From contig JAPLXS010000006.1 of assembly GCA_026395965.1 (NCBI GenBank), positions 118,683 to 182,682 of the forward strand: a stretch of 64,000 bases of DNA, in the 5' to 3' direction. This DNA comes from Candidatus Nomurabacteria bacterium (lineage in GTDB: Bacteria > Patescibacteriota > Minisyncoccia > Phycocordibacterales > UBA9973). The notes under the pieces are model-generated. The model searched no databases. It was not told the origin of the DNA and saw only the letters and a list, made by a program, of their open reading frames with translations. The position numbers and the translations under genes were made by a program. Positions 42,082 through 51,322 of this stretch are shown piece by piece; position 1 is the stretch's first letter, and the number at the start of each line of letters is the position of its first letter.

Positions 42082-43833
42082 TTATGACAATGGGCTTTTG
42101 TTATAACCATCTGTATTATATATTTTAAACTTATTATTTATATAACCTTTGGTTATTTTAATAGGATTTGAAGTATACACAACACTGTAAGTTCCATCTG
42201 CATTTATATTTTCTACCCTTACATAATAATCTCCGTTTGGTACCAAGCAATAATATTTGCCAGATTTATTTGCAACATTTTTTGCTATTTCGTGATCTAG
42301 CCAAACAGAATAAACTTTCATGACTCCAAATGATACTGGTTTGCCATTTCTCTTGTTTGTAACATAACCCAAAGGACTAGGATCAAAAATAAAATCTTTT
42401 AATATAAACAATAAAACATATAGACCGAAAATTATTAGATTGTATATATTATCTGAAACTAGAACTGATACAGATGACAACGCAAACCCAGAATAAAAGA
42501 CTACAATCAAAATATGATACATTATTAAATCAAAAGTAGAATAGAATTTCTTTGTTTTTGGATCTTGTTTTTTAGATTCATCCATATCAAATACAACTGG
42601 ATCAATAGGAATATTTCTTTTAACAATCTCCCCTTCTTTGATTGTTACCAATTCACTTCTATATATATTTATATACAACTCGTCGTCTATATTTTCTTTT
42701 ATTTTTTGTGATGGGAATTGATAATTATTTTTAATAACTATTATTTTGTATTTACCTTCAGGAACCATAAATCCATAACGTCCATCAATATCTGTAATAG
42801 CTGTTGCAATATTGTTGCCTTGTAAATCTTGCAAAACAACTTTTGCCATATCAATAGGTAATTTTGTAACACTACTGTAAACAACTCCCCATGGATGATT
42901 TCTCTTTAAAATAATAAAAGCCAAGAGCCATAAAATCAAAAGATAAATAATTATAGAAAATATTTTTAACAATGAAGAAAGTTTGGTGTGTAATACAGGA
43001 AACAAAGAAAGATAACTTGTTTCTGTTATTATTTTGGTTACGAAACCACTGGTTTTCGATTGAAATATTTCAGGTGGATTAATATTATTTAAAACAGGTT
43101 CAACAGTGGTAGTATCTATACTTGGAATTGTTTTTGGAACAACAGGAAGTACCGGGTAAGTAACTGGTGGGTTGGTTGGATTACAATCTGAACCTATACA
43201 TGACGAAGGCAAGCAAGTAGGATCGGTTGGATGAAGAACACAGAAAGATATACTTCCCCCATTGTTGTCGGGTGGAGTTACTACCACAACATCTGAACCA
43301 GGACGCCAGTCTGTAGTAACACAATAGCTAGGACTTGAGCAGTCAAATTTTATCCAACCATTGTTTTGACTCCAAGCATACCCGTTGAATTGACCTAAAT
43401 TATTTATAACAACAGGTGTTGCGGAGCTATTTGAAAATGGACCAAAATTCACCCATCCTGAAGTCTGCCCCCATGCGTATCCAGATAACTGACCACTAGT
43501 ATTGTTTGCGACTTTAAAATTGCCATTTATACTACCACAACCACTTGTTGTATTTGAGCAGTTTAGAACCACCCAACCGAAAGACGCTCCCCAGATATAA
43601 CCAGAAAGAGAATCGCTAGTAACATGAACATTTGATGCAGGATTATTTGTAAAATAACCAAAATTTATAGGTGAAGTAACAGTGACTAAACATGCCGCTG
43701 TCTCACACACCTGAGCAGTGTGATTTGTACTATCTATCGTACCGTTTGTAGTGGATGCTCTAACTTGAAACGACCCCAACAAAAGTATCGAAAGGAAAAT
43801 ATATTTAAGATATTTTTTATAGTTTATTTGCAT
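42082..43833 (-). CDS. secreted Cys-rich polytopic membrane protein with GYxWG...GWxxF repeats and two carboxypeptidase-regulatory-like beta-sandwich segments
   Basis: Signal peptide, three SGYAWGxxxGWVNF-type repeats, many Cys, three internal TM helices, and DIDGRYGFMVPEGKYKIIV / KSGKYYCLVPNGDYYVRV motifs. Confidence 0.5.
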   Translation of the reverse strand: MQINYKKYLKYIFLSILLLGSFQVRASTTNGTIDSTNHTAQVCETAACLVTVTSPINFGYFTNNPASNVHVTSDSLSGYIWGASFGWVVLNCSNTTSGCGSINGNFKVANNTSGQLSGYAWGQTSGWVNFGPFSNSSATPVVINNLGQFNGYAWSQNNGWIKFDCSSPSYCVTTDWRPGSDVVVVTPPDNNGGSISFCVLHPTDPTCLPSSCIGSDCNPTNPPVTYPVLPVVPKTIPSIDTTTVEPVLNNINPPEIFQSKTSGFVTKIITETSYLSLFPVLHTKLSSLLKIFSIIIYLLILWLLAFIILKRNHPWGVVYSSVTKLPIDMAKVVLQDLQGNNIATAITDIDGRYGFMVPEGKYKIIVIKNNYQFPSQKIKENIDDELYINIYRSELVTIKEGEIVKRNIPIDPVVFDMDESKKQDPKTKKFYSTFDLIMYHILIVVFYSGFALSSVSVLVSDNIYNLIIFGLYVLLFILKDFIFDPSPLGYVTNKRNGKPVSFGVMKVYSVWLDHEIAKNVANKSGKYYCLVPNGDYYVRVENINADGTYSVVYTSNPIKITKGYINNKFKIYNTDGYNKSPLS

Positions 43834-43856
43834 TAAATATATTATTTACTAAATAT

Positions 43857-46800
43857 TTATAAAACTGGCAGAGCAGGAGTTTCAGTAGTATCTGCTGGTG
43901 GTGGAACTACGGCAGCAGGAGTTTCTACTGCTGGTGGTACTACTTCGACAGGAGGAATATTTGTATCCCCAGGAACGACAACTGAAGCGTCAACAGGAGG
44001 TGTATCTGAAGTTGTTGTATCTGTTATTGATGTTGCACCTGTTGTTGCAGATGAGCCTGATGTTGATGGAATTAATTGTTTTAATTTAATAAGATCAGTC
44101 TTGTTGATACACTCATACGAACCATCTGGGTCAGTAAGACAAATCTCTCCAGTAAAGATGCGAGTTATCTTATTTGCCGCATTAGATAACCATGCAAAGA
44201 GACTATCTCTCCATGTATTTTGTATAGTCATATCAGCTATTCCTGTTATTTTTAGATTCATCTCTCTTATCGCTTCTACTATGATAGGTGTCATCTGCGC
44301 GTAGTACACGGACTTGTACCCTTGTGAATCTGTTGCTACGAGTTGAGGAAAATATTGCTCCAAATCTTGAGCGAGGAATCCAACTTGTTGTGGAGATGCT
44401 GGATTTTCCAACCAGTTATAAGTAACTGTTTTTACTTTCAACAAGTTATCTAAAGTATTATCAGATAGATTTATAATATTTGTCTTTAGTCTTTCATCTG
44501 AAGTACAAGCGATACCTGTACCAGTAGTGATAGTACACTGAGTAGAAGAAGAGCCATTTATACGAGTAGTATTTATCGGTCTATTGGCAGAACCTACTAT
44601 AAACTGATTTGCGGCTGTATTGGTTGCGTATGCACCTATTGCTATACTGTTTGAAAAGCTTCCTGCGCTCGTGGCATGACCAATTAGGATAGAAGTATCG
44701 GCGAATGTAGTAGTGTCATTGTATACAGCTGTATTGTTGACTGTATTATTGTATCCTGAATTTCTACCAATAAATATTGAGTTGGCAGCATTTGTAGCAT
44801 TGTACCCTGCACTACTTCCAAAGAAATTTGAGTTAATAGCGTTAGCTGCACCATACCCTGACAATAAACCAAAAAAGTTTGAGTTATTGGCTGAAGTAGC
44901 ACCACTTCCGGAATTTTTTCCAAAGAAGTTTGAATATGAAGCAGTAGTTGCACCACTTCCTGCATTCGGACCAAAGAAGTTTGAGTTAATAGCTGAGGTT
45001 GCATTATACCCTGTAGCTCCTCCAAAGAAATTAGAGTTGTTAGCTGAGGTTGCACCATATCCTGAAAGTGCCCCAAAGAAATTAGAAGAAAAAGCACTAG
45101 TTGCATTTTGTCCGGCGCCGTTTCCCATAAAGATGGTACCATTAGCAGATGCTGTACCTTGGTTGCCACCAATAAAAATTGAGTTGATCTGTCTGTTAAC
45201 AGAACCTACCATAAACTGATTTGCGGCTGTATTGGTTGCGTATGCACCTATTGCAATACTGTTTGAGTACCCTCCTGTACCAGTACCATGGCCTAGGAGG
45301 ATTGAAGTATTGGCAAAAGTAGTTACATCGTCATATACAGAAGTATTAACAACGGTATCATTTAAGCCTGAATTTGTACCTATAAATATTGAGTTGGCTG
45401 CACTAGTTGCACTATGTCCTGCATCTGTTCCAAAGAAATTTGAATAAGCAGCAGAACCAGCTTGATTTCCTGCGTTTAATCCGAAGAAGTTTGAGTTGTT
45501 AGCGGAATTAGCACTACTTCCTGCATATGATCCAAAGAAATTTGAATCATGGGCATTGACAGAACTACTTCCTGCACTTGTTCCAAAGAAGCTTGATTGA
45601 TTCGCATAAGTTGCACCATTTCCTGCATTAGAACCAAAGAAATTTGAATTCGAAGCACCGGTTGCTAGTACTCCTGTATTAACTCCAAAGAAGTTTGATG
45701 CATAAGCACCAGTAGCACCCCATCCCGCCCAATACCCGAAAAAGTTTGAGCTATTAGCATTGGTTGCATTTATTCCCGATTTTACACCAAAGAAGTTTGA
45801 GCCATAGGCACTAGTTGCTGATAATCCCGCATCAGCACCAAAGAAGTTTGATGCACTAGCACCAGTAGCAAGCTTTCCTGCATTAGAACCAAAGAAGTTT
45901 GAACTATTAGAACTGGTTGCACCATATCCTGCACTATGACCAAAGAAGTTTGAGTTATTTGCACTGGTTGCACCATTTCCTGCATCTGTACCAAAGAAGT
46001 TTGAATATGGAGCAGAACTAGCATGATACCCCGCAAGATAACCAAAGAAGTTGGAAGCATCAGAATTTGTGGCTCCGTCACCTGCATTTGATCCAAAAAA
46101 GTTTGAGCTATTAGCATTGGTTGCGCCATTTCCTGCATATGATCCAAAGAAATTTGAACCACTTGCATTGGTTGCACTATTCCCTGCATTAATTCCAAAG
46201 AAGTTTGAAACATTGGCAAGAGAAGCATTAAGTCCTGCATTAACTCCAAAGAAGTTTGAATTAGATGCGCCAGTTGCACCACTTCCTGCATCTGTTCCAA
46301 AGAAGTTTGAATTATCTGCACTAGTTGCATTTTTACCCGCACTATTACCCATAAAGATTGTATTTTGAACAGATGCTGTGCCTTGATTGCCTCCAATAAA
46401 AATTGAGTTAATTGGTCTGTTAGCAGAACCTACCATAAACTGATTGGAATATGTATTGGTTGTATACGCACCTAATGCAATACTATTTGAGTACCCTCCA
46501 GTGCTAGTACTATGACCAATGAGGATGGAGGTGTCGGCGAAGGTAGTAGTCTCATTGTACAATGCAGTATTGTTTACAAGATCATTATTACCTGAATTAG
46601 TACCTATAAATATTGAGTTGGCAGCATTGGTTGCAGAATAACCCGCAGAAGAACCAAAGAAATTTGAATTAAATGCAAAAGTAGCTGTGCTTCCTGCACT
46701 TGGTCCAAAGAAGTTTGACGCAAGGGCATTTGTTGCGTTTGTTCCCGCAGAAGAACCGAAGAAATTTGAGCTACTGGCCTCAGTTGCACCATGACCTGAA

Positions 46801-49493
46801 TCTGTTCCAAAGAAGTTTGAGCCATTTGCATTTGTGGCACCATCACCTGCATTTGCTCCAAAGAAATTAGAATAATAAGCATTATAAGCATTGAGTCCTG
46901 AGCTTGATCCAAAGAAGTTGGAGTTATTTGCAGCAGTTGCATTTTCACCTGCACTTACGCCAAAAAAGTTTGAGGCAGTGGCGACAGTTGCATTTCTTCC
47001 TGCACTTAATCCAAAGAAGTTTGATTGGTTAGATAAACTTGCTCCATCTCCGGCATAACTTCCAAAAAAGTTTGAGTTGTTGGCATCAGTTGCATTTTGA
47101 CCAGAAAATGTACCAAAGAAGTTTGAGCTGTAAGCATTAGTTGCACTTATTCCTGAAAAATTTCCAAAGAAGTTTGAATTATTGGCACCACTAGCATTTT
47201 GACCAGAAAATGTACCAAAGAAGTTTGAGTGGTCGGCTGCATTTGCACCGTCACCTGCATTTTGTCCAAAGAAGTTAGAGTTATTGGCAGCAGTTGCATT
47301 TAGTCCAGAATTAAGTCCTAAAAAGTTTGAATAAGAAGCATCGGTAGCACTAAGTCCTGCATTCGCTCCCGAGAAGTTTGAATCATTTGCTTTTGTTGCA
47401 CCGTTTCCTGCACTTGGTCCAAAGAAGTTGGATGAGTAAGCTGAATTTGCACCTAAACCTGTGCTTGATCCAAAGAAATTTGAGTTGTTGGCACTAGTTG
47501 CACCATTTCCTGCGTCTGTACCAAAGAAGTTTGAGTTTGAGGCGGAAGCTGCATTCAATCCTGCGTTATTTCCCATAAAGATTGTACCAATTACTGATGC
47601 TGTGCCTTTGTTTCCGCCAATAAAAATAGAATTTATAGGTCTGTTATCAGAACCTACCACAAACTGATTGGGTGCTGTGTTGGTTGAGTATGCACCTATT
47701 GCAATACTATTTGAGAAACCACCAGTATTTGTATTGTGACCAAGGAGAATGGATGTATCAGCGAAGGTGGTAGTATCATCATACACTGCAGTATTGTTTA
47801 CTGTATCATTGTATCCTGAATTTTTACCAATAAATATTGAATTGGCGGCATTGATTGCATGATTTCCCGCATAATAACCAAAGAAATTTGAATCATAAGA
47901 ATTGTTTAAATTATTGGAATCTCCTCTTCCTGCATTTGATCCAAAAAAGTTTGAATTAGAAGCATTATTAGAATAAATTCCTGAGGAAGGTCCAAAGAAG
48001 TTTGAACTACTAGCACCATTTGCACTATTACCTGCACTATACCCAAAGAAGTTTGAGTAAGTAGAATTTATAGCTCCATATCCTGCTGTTTGTCCAAAAA
48101 AGTTTGAATAAGATGCACCTTCAGCAATTTTACCAGCTCTATCTCCAAAAAAATTTGAACCATCAAGACCTAAAATTCCCTCCCCAGCACTTCTACCAAA
48201 AAGGTTTGAACTAATTATATTTACTCCACCATTACCTGCATCTCTTCCAAAGAAGTTAGATTCGTAAGCATATATAGCTCCTAGGCCAGCACCTTCTCCA
48301 AAAAAATTTGAGTTGTAAGCACCAATTCCACCGCTTCCTGCATTTAGTCCAAAGAAGTTTGAACTTGTAGCATCAGTTGCATTCAATCCTGCGTTTGTTC
48401 CAAAGAAGTTTGAGTTAGCTGCGTTAGTAGCACTACTTCCTGCGCTTGTTCCAAAGAAATTGGAGTTAGCAGCAGCAGTTGCACTATTACCTGCGCTTGG
48501 TCCAAAGAAATTGGAGCTATTAGCACCAGTTGCACCAAACCCTGAATTGTCTCCAAAGAAGTTTGAATTATCTGCATTAGTTGCACCACTTCCTGCACTT
48601 AATCCAAAGAAATTTGATTTAGCAGCATTGGTTGCACCATCTCCTGCATTTGATCCAAAGAAGTTGGAACTACTCGCATTGGTTGCATTTGATCCAGATG
48701 CATAGCCTAAGAAGTTTGAGAAGGAGGCAGAAGCTGCATTCAATCCCGCATTTGTTCCAAAGAAGTTTGAATTAGAGGCGCCAGTGGCACCACTTCCAGC
48801 ATTATTTCCAAAGAAGTTTGACGAGAAGGCATTGGTTCCATTCAACCCAGCTCCATAACCTAAGAAGTTTGAATTATCAGCATTGGTCGCACCACTTCCT
48901 GCATTTTTTCCAAAGAAGTTTGAGTAAGTAGCAGACGAGCTTGATCCTGAGCCTGTTAGTCCTGTAGAAAAAAGTGATGTGGTGTTTTGTACTGTAATAG
49001 GTGAAGACACTACTGTCCCCCATGCTATATCTGTACCGTTGGTAGTGAGAAATTGACCCGCAATACCAGAGACAGATGGGATAACAACTTTCCAATCTGA
49101 AGATAAAGTAAGACAACGATTTTGATTGGCATCCAAAGAAGAGTCAGTGACAGTTGTTGTACAAGCTGGGTACCCTCCGCGGTTTGTAACTAGACGATAA
49201 GTTGCTGTCTGATTTCCTGCTGTGCCAGAGTCGGTATCTATAACAGTTGCTATCATTCCTAGAGATCTTCTTTCACTTGTGATAGCAAGTAGAGCTGTCA
49301 TATCTGCTACTTGCATGTGTCCTCCTTGGAGGTAGTTTGTATCAGCGATAGCAAAGTAACCGTTCCCTACTCCGAGAGTAGTAGGTACAGCTAGACCTCC
49401 GTTTTGAGAATAAGCTCGATATGAAAATGAACCAACCATAAGTAGGACGGTTGTAATAAAAAATATTTTTGTTTTAAGGTCTATTATTTTCAT
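43857..49493 (-). CDS. giant (1878 aa) secreted tail-fibre-like repeat protein with C-terminal Peptidase_S74 intramolecular chaperone domain
   Basis: Signal peptide. N-terminal fibre-like motif GQFLTTNGTDIAWGTV. More than 90 tandem 15-aa repeats (SNFFGxxAGxGATxA). Four higher-order ~100-aa modules (SIFIG.NSG...FADTSIL.GH...NQF.VGS.NRPINSIFIGGN). TSDERLKTNI...YNW...GF.AQDLEQ..P.LV matches the S74 autoproteolytic chaperone. A Pro/Thr/Val-rich tail follows. Confidence 0.7.
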   Translation of the reverse strand: MKIIDLKTKIFFITTVLLMVGSFSYRAYSQNGGLAVPTTLGVGNGYFAIADTNYLQGGHMQVADMTALLAITSERRSLGMIATVIDTDSGTAGNQTATYRLVTNRGGYPACTTTVTDSSLDANQNRCLTLSSDWKVVIPSVSGIAGQFLTTNGTDIAWGTVVSSPITVQNTTSLFSTGLTGSGSSSSATYSNFFGKNAGSGATNADNSNFLGYGAGLNGTNAFSSNFFGNNAGSGATGASNSNFFGTNAGLNAASASFSNFLGYASGSNATNASSSNFFGSNAGDGATNAAKSNFFGLSAGSGATNADNSNFFGDNSGFGATGANSSNFFGPSAGNSATAAANSNFFGTSAGSSATNAANSNFFGTNAGLNATDATSSNFFGLNAGSGGIGAYNSNFFGEGAGLGAIYAYESNFFGRDAGNGGVNIISSNLFGRSAGEGILGLDGSNFFGDRAGKIAEGASYSNFFGQTAGYGAINSTYSNFFGYSAGNSANGASSSNFFGPSSGIYSNNASNSNFFGSNAGRGDSNNLNNSYDSNFFGYYAGNHAINAANSIFIGKNSGYNDTVNNTAVYDDTTTFADTSILLGHNTNTGGFSNSIAIGAYSTNTAPNQFVVGSDNRPINSIFIGGNKGTASVIGTIFMGNNAGLNAASASNSNFFGTDAGNGATSANNSNFFGSSTGLGANSAYSSNFFGPSAGNGATKANDSNFSGANAGLSATDASYSNFLGLNSGLNATAANNSNFFGQNAGDGANAADHSNFFGTFSGQNASGANNSNFFGNFSGISATNAYSSNFFGTFSGQNATDANNSNFFGSYAGDGASLSNQSNFFGLSAGRNATVATASNFFGVSAGENATAANNSNFFGSSSGLNAYNAYYSNFFGANAGDGATNANGSNFFGTDSGHGATEASSSNFFGSSAGTNATNALASNFFGPSAGSTATFAFNSNFFGSSAGYSATNAANSIFIGTNSGNNDLVNNTALYNETTTFADTSILIGHSTSTGGYSNSIALGAYTTNTYSNQFMVGSANRPINSIFIGGNQGTASVQNTIFMGNSAGKNATSADNSNFFGTDAGSGATGASNSNFFGVNAGLNASLANVSNFFGINAGNSATNASGSNFFGSYAGNGATNANSSNFFGSNAGDGATNSDASNFFGYLAGYHASSAPYSNFFGTDAGNGATSANNSNFFGHSAGYGATSSNSSNFFGSNAGKLATGASASNFFGADAGLSATSAYGSNFFGVKSGINATNANSSNFFGYWAGWGATGAYASNFFGVNTGVLATGASNSNFFGSNAGNGATYANQSSFFGTSAGSSSVNAHDSNFFGSYAGSSANSANNSNFFGLNAGNQAGSAAYSNFFGTDAGHSATSAANSIFIGTNSGLNDTVVNTSVYDDVTTFANTSILLGHGTGTGGYSNSIAIGAYATNTAANQFMVGSVNRQINSIFIGGNQGTASANGTIFMGNGAGQNATSAFSSNFFGALSGYGATSANNSNFFGGATGYNATSAINSNFFGPNAGSGATTASYSNFFGKNSGSGATSANNSNFFGLLSGYGAANAINSNFFGSSAGYNATNAANSIFIGRNSGYNNTVNNTAVYNDTTTFADTSILIGHATSAGSFSNSIAIGAYATNTAANQFIVGSANRPINTTRINGSSSTQCTITTGTGIACTSDERLKTNIINLSDNTLDNLLKVKTVTYNWLENPASPQQVGFLAQDLEQYFPQLVATDSQGYKSVYYAQMTPIIVEAIREMNLKITGIADMTIQNTWRDSLFAWLSNAANKITRIFTGEICLTDPDGSYECINKTDLIKLKQLIPSTSGSSATTGATSITDTTTSDTPPVDASVVVPGDTNIPPVEVVPPAVETPAAVVPPPADTTETPALPVL
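44700..48950. repeat. intragenic 45-bp tandem repeat region (ccaaagaagtttga... units) encoding SNFFG repeats
   Basis: The recurring motifs ccaaagaagtttgag / ccaaagaaatttga are visible throughout the giant gene. Confidence 0.75.
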
Positions 49494-49512
49494 TATTTAT
49501 ATAACTTGCAAA

Positions 49513-50112
49513 CTATTTTATCGTGAACACAGATGAAACTCCTGTGTCTCTTGATCTATAAACATAATACTCTTGAGAGTCGTAAGACTGCACAGATCTA
49601 ACCATTACAGGATACGCTCCGATAGGTGTCATAAAACAAGTAGTATAGGTAGATGCGTCGTGACTGCACCCCTGCTCGGGTTCAAATGATTTTAGCCAAG
49701 CAAAGTAAATATACTCTGAACTTTTGGCATTGAATGATTGAGTACCTATAGAAGTTCTTGAAGTTCCGAAAACAGAGGAAACTGGTGTAAGGTTTGAAAA
49801 TTTGACTAGGGTTCCGTCGGGCTCTGCACTATAACCATAAAATACTTTTCCATTACCTTTTATTATTTTATTTATAGTGTCACTTTCTGTATTTTTTGTA
49901 TTTACATCTGTTGTTGTCTTCTCTCCAACACCAAGCAAAGTACCACTATTGATATTTAAATCTTTATTTTCAGCAAATGAAATATCTTGAATCTTTGTGT
50001 CTGGAGAATAATTTATTTTATATTTTTGATAAAAGAATATACACAAAACAATAATTATTGTAATTAGTATTATTATCTTTAAAAAATTTTTATCTTTCAT
50101 GTAATTTTTCAT
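49513..50112 (-). CDS. membrane-anchored secreted protein; paralogue of 50116..51258 (shared ~110-aa C-terminal Cys-pair domain)
   Basis: N-terminal TM anchor. The C-terminal domain (KVFYGYSAEPDGTLV...YIYFAWLKSF...GCSHD...CFMTPIGAY...YYVYRSRD) aligns with the neighbour. Confidence 0.5.
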   Translation of the reverse strand: MKNYMKDKNFLKIIILITIIIVLCIFFYQKYKINYSPDTKIQDISFAENKDLNINSGTLLGVGEKTTTDVNTKNTESDTINKIIKGNGKVFYGYSAEPDGTLVKFSNLTPVSSVFGTSRTSIGTQSFNAKSSEYIYFAWLKSFEPEQGCSHDASTYTTCFMTPIGAYPVMVRSVQSYDSQEYYVYRSRDTGVSSVFTIK

Positions 50113-50115
50113 AAT

Positions 50116-51258
50116 TTATTGGATTGTATAGGTTGCACTTGGGTTAATATCGTATGATCTATAAACCCAGTAAAGAATACCATTTCTTGTCTGTTGCGTA
50201 CGAACAAAGTTTGAGACATATCCAAGTGGTGTAGAGAAACAATCGGCTGCTCCTAGCCCATCGTGCTTACAGATTGTACCGGCATCAAAAGCTTGAGGCC
50301 AAGCAAAGTAAATATAATTTCCACCAGAGAGATTAAATGTACGACTTGCAGGAATAGATGTTCTAGCTGTAGAACTAGCAAGAGCAACAGATGTAAGAGT
50401 ATTCAAGTCTACAAGTGTTCCGTCAGATTGTGTAGATGAACCATAAAATACTTTTGATCTATAAACCACAGTTGATGTAGCAGCGACAACATTTGGTGGG
50501 TTTACACCACTTGCAACAGAACCAGCTCCACTAGACTGAGTACAAGATCCGGCTGCTGCTTGGAGTGCGCTACAAGGATAAGCTGTAAATGAAAATGTAG
50601 CTGTGCCGTTTAGAGTATTGTATGCAGCTGAGTTTGCAATATAAACCAAAGTACCAGAACCACTAGCTGCCCCACCTGAAATAGTTGAAGGCTGAGGACC
50701 AGAAGAGTATGTTGCATTTGAAGGAGTCACAGAACTTGCTCCGTAAATATAGAAACTGTTTCCATCACTATCTGCGGGACTTTTAGATAGAGACCAACCC
50801 AAAGAAATGTTTGTTGAATCTCCAACTTCTCTGACTGTAGTGGTAGCTGTATTGGATGCAATAATATTGCCAGATGGAGCCACGTATACAAATAATAATT
50901 TCTTTATGAAATCGTGCATTGAGGTAGCAGATGTTGGAGTATGAGTAGCTCCATTTGCGAGTGTAATTCCTGTAACACTTTTGTTCAGAAGATCAGAAAA
51001 ATCACTTTCCCATGATACGCCACCAACTCCGTTGGAAACAAGATTTTGATTTAGAATACCACCAGATGGAAAAATACTAACAAAACAATTTGGATCTCCT
51101 GGTGCACAAGCTGGGTCTAAAGTTTCTCCAGGTCCATAAGGACTTCCAGTCGCAAAGATTTTAAAGTATGCACCAAAAAGTATAACAATGAGAATTATGG
51201 CTACAAATTTTGGCCAGTGTTTAGATATAAAATTAAAATAGATGGAATCTCTTTTCAT
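50116..51258 (-). CDS. membrane-anchored secreted protein with S/T/A/G-rich spacer; paralogue of 49513..50112
   Basis: N-terminal TM anchor. The C-terminal domain (KVFYGSSTQSDGTLV...YIYFAWPQAF...CKHD...CFSTPLGY...YWVYRSYD) is shared. Confidence 0.5.
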   Translation of the reverse strand: MKRDSIYFNFISKHWPKFVAIILIVILFGAYFKIFATGSPYGPGETLDPACAPGDPNCFVSIFPSGGILNQNLVSNGVGGVSWESDFSDLLNKSVTGITLANGATHTPTSATSMHDFIKKLLFVYVAPSGNIIASNTATTTVREVGDSTNISLGWSLSKSPADSDGNSFYIYGASSVTPSNATYSSGPQPSTISGGAASGSGTLVYIANSAAYNTLNGTATFSFTAYPCSALQAAAGSCTQSSGAGSVASGVNPPNVVAATSTVVYRSKVFYGSSTQSDGTLVDLNTLTSVALASSTARTSIPASRTFNLSGGNYIYFAWPQAFDAGTICKHDGLGAADCFSTPLGYVSNFVRTQQTRNGILYWVYRSYDINPSATYTIQ

Positions 51259-51322
51259 TAATTATATTATACACCATTTATGCACAAAACCTATAATTTT
51301 TAAACCTAAAAAGTGGATAACA

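Noticed and set aside
43898-46954. Minus-strand alternative-frame ORFs inside the giant gene (44684..45172, 45782..46396, 46604..46954) rich in MQ/LV
   Set aside because: They are out-of-frame readings of the same repeats and are fully contained in the 1878-aa ORF.
44713-48705. Plus-strand ORFs inside the giant gene (44713..45219, 45232..45447, 46051..46368, 47461..47667, 48460..48705) with PKKFELLALVAP-type repeats
   Set aside because: They are mirror-image translations of the 45-bp tandem repeat on the coding (minus) strand. They have no independent starts or terminators and are periodic artefacts.
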